Source of the DNA: an uncultured Actinomycetes bacterium
Lineage (GTDB): Bacteria > Actinomycetota > Acidimicrobiia > IMCC26256 > PALSA-555
DNA length: 64,000 nt
Assembly: GCA_963714105.1 (NCBI GenBank)
Contig: OY970233.1
Coordinates: 3,393,205-3,457,204, forward strand
Direction: 5' to 3'
Below, one piece after another: positions 59,902 to 64,000 of the stretch. The position numbers were made by a program, and so were the translations under genes. The notes under the pieces are model-generated. The model was not told the origin of the DNA. It made no database searches and worked only from the letters and a program-made list of their open reading frames with translations. Within the stretch, counting starts at the first letter, position 1, and every line of letters begins with the position of its first letter.

Positions 59902-60765
59902 GTGCTCCCGGCCCGTCTGCAGCGGCTTGGCGAGGAACGCGCCGGGGCCGGGTGGCTCGCGACCCTGCCCGGCCTCGTCGAGCAGTGCGCCGATCGGTGG
60001 TCGGTCGTCGTCGGTGCGGCGTACCCGGACTCGTCCCTGGCGTTCGTCGCCCCGGTGACGCGGCGCGGCGGAACCGACGCGGTCCTGAAGATCCAATACC
60101 CACATCGGGAGAGCGACCTCGAGGCCGAGGCGCTCCGAGTCTGGGACGGCGACGGCGCCATCCGCGTGCTCGACCGCGACGCCGAGCGCCACGCCTTGCT
60201 CCTCGAACGGTGCGTCCCGGGCACGCACCTCGCCGGTCGCGACCCCGACGCGGCGCTCGGCGTGATGATCGACCTCCTCCCCCGGCTGTGGAAGCCGGCG
60301 GGCCGCCCGTTCACCAGTCTCGAGGCCGAGGCGCACCGGTGGATCGATCAGCTCCCGACCGCCTGGGAGCGCGCCGGTGCGCCGTTCAAGTTCGGCCTCG
60401 TCCAGGTCGCCCGCGACCTCCTCGCGTCGCTCGCGGTGTCTCAGGGCCCCCAGGTGCTCGTGCACCAGGACCTCCACGCCGACAACGTGTTGCGTGCGCA
60501 ACGGGAGCCGTGGCTGGCCATCGACCCGAAGCCGCTCGTCGGTGAACGCGAGTTCGCGGTGGCGTCGATCGTCCGTTCCGCCGAGCTCGGGCACAGCCCC
60601 ACGCTCGTCCAGCATCGCCTCGATCGGCTGACCCGGGAGCTCGACCTCGATCGGGAACGGGCCCGGGGTTGGGCCGTGGCCCAGACGCTCGCCTGGGCCT
60701 TCGCCCGCGATCGGGTGCTGCCCCGCCACGTCGACACCGCCCGGTGGTTGCTCCACGGGACCTGA
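59902..60765 (+). CDS. aminoglycoside phosphotransferase family protein (APH(6)/streptomycin-kinase-like)
   Basis: GTG 59902. 'AVLKIQYP', 'LVHQDLHADNVL' and 'IDPKPLVGEREF'. Confidence 0.75.
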   Translation: MLPARLQRLGEERAGAGWLATLPGLVEQCADRWSVVVGAAYPDSSLAFVAPVTRRGGTDAVLKIQYPHRESDLEAEALRVWDGDGAIRVLDRDAERHALLLERCVPGTHLAGRDPDAALGVMIDLLPRLWKPAGRPFTSLEAEAHRWIDQLPTAWERAGAPFKFGLVQVARDLLASLAVSQGPQVLVHQDLHADNVLRAQREPWLAIDPKPLVGEREFAVASIVRSAELGHSPTLVQHRLDRLTRELDLDRERARGWAVAQTLAWAFARDRVLPRHVDTARWLLHGT

Positions 60766-60797
60766 CCCGTTCGGACCCGGGGAGGAAGGCTTCCCGC

Positions 60798-61328
60798 TCA
60801 GGTCTCCGTGTGGGCTCGAAGCGAGGCGGGAAGACTCCCGAGGATGGTGGCGAGCGCCATCTCGGGGGTCTGCTCGTCGGTCGAGATCACGACGTCGGCC
60901 ATGGCCCGGTAGAGCGCGTCACGCTCGCGTGCCTGGCGCGCGACGAGCACCGCGGCGTCCGCATCGAGGTGCGGCCGATCCGGTGAGCTCGGCAGCCGGG
61001 CCGCGAGCGTGGCCGGGCCGGCCCGGAGCCACACCACCCACGCGACCGCCGCGAGTCGCGCTCGCACCGTCTCGTCGAGCACGACGGACGCCGCCGCCGC
61101 GATGACCGCGTCGACGGGATCGTCGAGCGCGGCGAGCAGCTCGGCGGCCTCCTCCCGGTGCAACACGGCGACCCCGTCCGCGGCTGCGATCTGCATCGCC
61201 GTCCGGCCGGTCCGCCGCTCCAGGGAGACGTCGTTGTCGACGAACCGACGACCCAACGCGTCGGCGACTCGCCGCCCGATCGTCGTCTTCCCAGATCCCA
61301 TCGGGCCGACCAGCACGACGTGTCGCAT
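60798..61328 (-). CDS. shikimate kinase family protein
   Basis: ATG 61328. P-loop 'LVGPMGSGKTTIGRRVADALGRRFVDND', and 'VVWLRA'. Confidence 0.7.
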   Translation of the reverse strand: MRHVVLVGPMGSGKTTIGRRVADALGRRFVDNDVSLERRTGRTAMQIAAADGVAVLHREEAAELLAALDDPVDAVIAAAASVVLDETVRARLAAVAWVVWLRAGPATLAARLPSSPDRPHLDADAAVLVARQARERDALYRAMADVVISTDEQTPEMALATILGSLPASLRAHTET

Positions 61329-61632
61329 CCGAGCAGCGTATGGGGACCCGACCGATCCGACCGGCGCTCGTCCCCAACGCGTCGGTGCGCGTGTCCCCGA
61401 AGGCCCAGGCTTCGAGTGGAGGCCCGCGATCCCGTCCCGATCCGGGGGGCGTGGCGCGGTAGGGCCGCGAGCCGACCCGACCCCGTCCCCCCGTGGGCAC
61501 GCGGACACGAGCGAAGGTTTGACCACCTGGGGCCCGGGGTCTGGAGCGTCGGGGGCTCCCCCGCCACCGTCTCCGACCGTCCGCATCTGGCGGCGGGCCC
61601 ATCGACCCGCGACGAAAGGACCGACGACCGAG

Positions 61633-61977
61633 ATGGCCGCGCAATCCGTACTACTCGAGGACCCTCGCGTGGACCGGCTCCGTGGGCAACCAGGTTGGGG
61701 GCCCGACGCGACCTGGAGCTCGAAGGTGAGGGGCCGGGGCAGCAGCCACCTGTTCTTCGCCGGCGACCGGGAACGACCGGGTCGACGAGCCCGCCGCGAG
61801 GCCCCGGCGCGGGCGTTGTGCGACGTGTGTTCGGTGCGGCTGCAGTGCCGGGCCTGGGCGCGCGCGCGAACCGCGAGGACGGCTTCTGGGGGGCGAATCC
61901 GAGGAAGCGCGCACCGGTACGCCGGGTACGGTCCGGCCCTCAACGGCAACCTCACGGCTCGGCGGCGGGTCTCCTAG
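61633..61977 (+). pseudogene. WhiB-like regulator, degenerate (frame breaks ~61865 and ~61895; first Cys not found)
   Basis: 'HLFFAGD..ARALCDVCSVRLQCRAWA' gives CxxCxxxxxC. 'NREDGFWG' and 'ESEEAR' follow in other frames. Confidence 0.4.
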
Positions 61978-62037
61978 CCTGGCCGGCGAACCGTGGCGGC
62001 AACCGGCCCGACCCGGGCTGACGAACGTCTTTGGGAT

Positions 62038-62253
62038 CTACATCGAGAACGCGAGCCGGACGGTGTTCCACATCTGGGGGAACAGCCACAAGGCCAGACC
62101 AAGCGCGATCAACCCGATCGCCCCGCCGGGGAAGCGAGTGGCGGCCGGCGCCACGAAGGCGGCGAACGCGAAGCACACCACCGCGGCGACGTACACAATC
62201 GCGGTCGACGGATCGGTGGGGGCAAACGCGGCGAGGAACGAGACCATGAACAT
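62038..62253 (-). CDS. small 2-TM membrane protein
   Basis: 71 aa, 'IVYVAAVVCFAFAAFVAPA' and 'AIGLIALGLALWLFPQMW'. Confidence 0.5.
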   Translation of the reverse strand: MFMVSFLAAFAPTDPSTAIVYVAAVVCFAFAAFVAPAATRFPGGAIGLIALGLALWLFPQMWNTVRLAFSM

Positions 62254-62480
62254 CCTCCGGAGTCAGCACCAGCACCCCATGCCTACCCCACCCGAGCCGC
62301 CCCCACGCCTGCCCGCTCCCGCCCACGAGGGTCGACCCGACGTGCCGACGTCGTGCCTTCGGGAACCCATGCCGGTCTTGCCGGTCGGGACCGTCGCCGC
62401 TCCGCTCAGGCGGCCCGATCCCCGCTGTCCCGGTCACGGTCACGTCGAGCCCCCGCGCCGGAACCGGTAGCCGAGACACG

Positions 62481-63143
62481 ATGCGAGACGGGCCCCGCCT
62501 TGCGCTGCTCGGCGCGGTCGCGGTGGGCGTCATCATCCTCACGGTGACCACCAGCAGCGGTGGGACGGTCAACGGCGACCGGGTCCTCGTGATCGGCGAC
62601 TCACTGCTGCACCTCTCCCAGGGCGCGGTCTCCGGCGCGCTCACCGCGGACGGCTGGCACCCGATCATCGACGGGCGTCCCGGCCTGTCGATCGAGGCGT
62701 GGGAGCCCTTCGTCGGGCCCGACGCGGCGATCGCCCGACCCGACGTCGCGGTCGTCGAGCTCGGCACCAACGACTGCGACACGACCTGTAACGACCTCGC
62801 CCCCGCGATCGACACCGTGATGGCACAGCTCATCGGGCATGGTGCTCACTTGGTGCTCTGGCTGAACGCGCAGACTGCGCCGACGCAGATCCACCCCGGA
62901 GCCTCACGCGTCTACCCCGCCCACGCCGACTACGTGAACTACGCCATCGAGCAGGCCGCCGTCCGCTGGCCCCAGATGCGGGTCGTCGACCTGCGCGGCC
63001 TGCTCGATCCCCATCCCGAGTGGCACCTCTCCGACGGTTTGCACCCCAACCCGATCGGGCAGCAGGCGATCGGGTCCCTGATCCGGATCTCGCTGCACAA
63101 GTGGGCCCCCGTCACGCGACCCCCAGCAGCTCAGCATCCCTGA
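62481..63143 (+). CDS. membrane-anchored SGNH/GDSL hydrolase
   Basis: Anchor 'LALLGAVAVGVIILTV', 'VLVIGDSLL', 'VVELGTNDC' and 'SDGLHPNPIGQ'. Confidence 0.75.
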   Translation: MRDGPRLALLGAVAVGVIILTVTTSSGGTVNGDRVLVIGDSLLHLSQGAVSGALTADGWHPIIDGRPGLSIEAWEPFVGPDAAIARPDVAVVELGTNDCDTTCNDLAPAIDTVMAQLIGHGAHLVLWLNAQTAPTQIHPGASRVYPAHADYVNYAIEQAAVRWPQMRVVDLRGLLDPHPEWHLSDGLHPNPIGQQAIGSLIRISLHKWAPVTRPPAAQHP

Positions 63144-63276
63144 GGCCACGACCGAACGTCACCGCCGTTCAGCGCGGTCCCCGCGGCCATCGCGGGACAC
63201 GGCGGACCGGGTGGTCCCAACGCGTCGGGACCCGGACGGCATCGAACGTCCCAGCGCGACCGCACCGCCGCTGCGG

Positions 63277-63717
63277 TCAGGCGTCGAGTCTGCGCAACGT
63301 CAGCGGTTGCAGGTCGTCGACGCTACGAAGCCGGATGAGCGCGGTGCCTTCGGGCAGCACCGCCCCGAGGACCGTCTGGTCGTCGAGCCAGTCACTCAGG
63401 ATCGCGAAGCCCGGATCCCGCCCGTCCAGGGCGATGCGGTACTCGGTCTCCGGGCCGTCCGAGCCCCCGGTCGACTCCTCGCGGTCCGGAACCGGGCCCA
63501 GGGTGAGCCGGGCCTCGTCCGGGCCGAGGACCGTGAGTGCCCGGACCCGCACCCTCGGCACGTCCTCGCGCAGGCGACCCACGTCGGCCGCGGGGCCGTA
63601 CCCGCGGACGGGGACGAGACGGGCCCGGCGCCGCCACACGGCGCGGACCGCGTAGTAGTTGACCAACACCAAGGCGATGACGAACAGCACGATCGTCACG
63701 GCACCAGCATCGCGCAC
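63277..63717 (-). CDS. hypothetical N-terminally anchored protein
   Basis: 146 aa with TM 'AVTIVLFVIALVLVNYYAV'. No family recognised. Confidence 0.45.
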   Translation of the reverse strand: MRDAGAVTIVLFVIALVLVNYYAVRAVWRRRARLVPVRGYGPAADVGRLREDVPRVRVRALTVLGPDEARLTLGPVPDREESTGGSDGPETEYRIALDGRDPGFAILSDWLDDQTVLGAVLPEGTALIRLRSVDDLQPLTLRRLDA

Positions 63718-64000
63718 GTCCGGATCGGGGCGAGACTCGACGCGGCCCGACGCCCTCGTGAGCGTCCGTCGAGGTCCTGAGTGTGCTCACCCGGCCTTCA
63801 TGCTGGTAGACGGCGGCTCCAACGTCGGGTCCGGGCAGAGCCCGAGCGCCCAGACTCGCGCTGCGTGGCGCGCAGCCGTACCACCAGCTACCACCTGATC
63901 CCGTCGATCTGGAGCCTCGGAATCGCCGTGGTGTTCCTCCGTTGCCGCCACGGTTGCTCCCCCGATGAGAATCGCCGACCCCGACCGTCCGAACCGCACG

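Noticed and set aside
63787-63999. 70-aa minus-strand ORF at the window edge
   Set aside because: Third-position GC is only about 60% where I checked, far below the real genes here. It has no recognisable motifs. It is likely non-coding or too uncertain to call.

Overview
64-kb, very GC-rich (roughly 70% by eye) chromosomal segment of an actinobacterium; gene content and synteny are typical of Actinomycetota, possibly Acidimicrobiia-like. It holds about 65 protein-coding loci. The backbone is pieces of the conserved his/trp supra-operon on the minus strand (hisD-hisC-hisB-priA; hisI-trpE-ygfZ; trpC-trpB2). Around these sit an OmpR/HK two-component pair, a GH1 beta-glucosidase, oligopeptidase B, nth, an mshD-like gene, rlmN, two P450s, a carotenoid oxygenase, modE-like/modABC, a NuoF-like flavoprotein, an acyl-ACP desaturase, an aroK-like kinase and several SGNH hydrolases. 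Accessory content has two parts. (i) A 6.3-kb insertion (15714-21978) splits an alpha/beta-hydrolase gene and is bounded by a 9-bp direct repeat. It carries an integrase remnant, a 1.3-kb IS3-family element plus a solo IS end, an MBL-fold hydrolase, two DUF4873-like genes and a 7-bladed YVTN propeller protein built from near-identical 129-bp repeats. (ii) A ~1.4-kb two-gene module of unknown function (31.8-33.2 kb) has replaced the 3' part of a GMC oxidoreductase gene. Three unrelated secreted proteins end in the same P[RK]FTG-stop tail. Roughly thirty single-base frame breaks interrupt otherwise well-conserved genes, densest at 28.7-31.7 kb. This looks more like indel sequencing error than biology, so those loci are typed 'pseudogene' with that caveat. 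No rRNA, tRNA or CRISPR array was recognised. All family assignments rest on motif recognition from memory; no searches were run.
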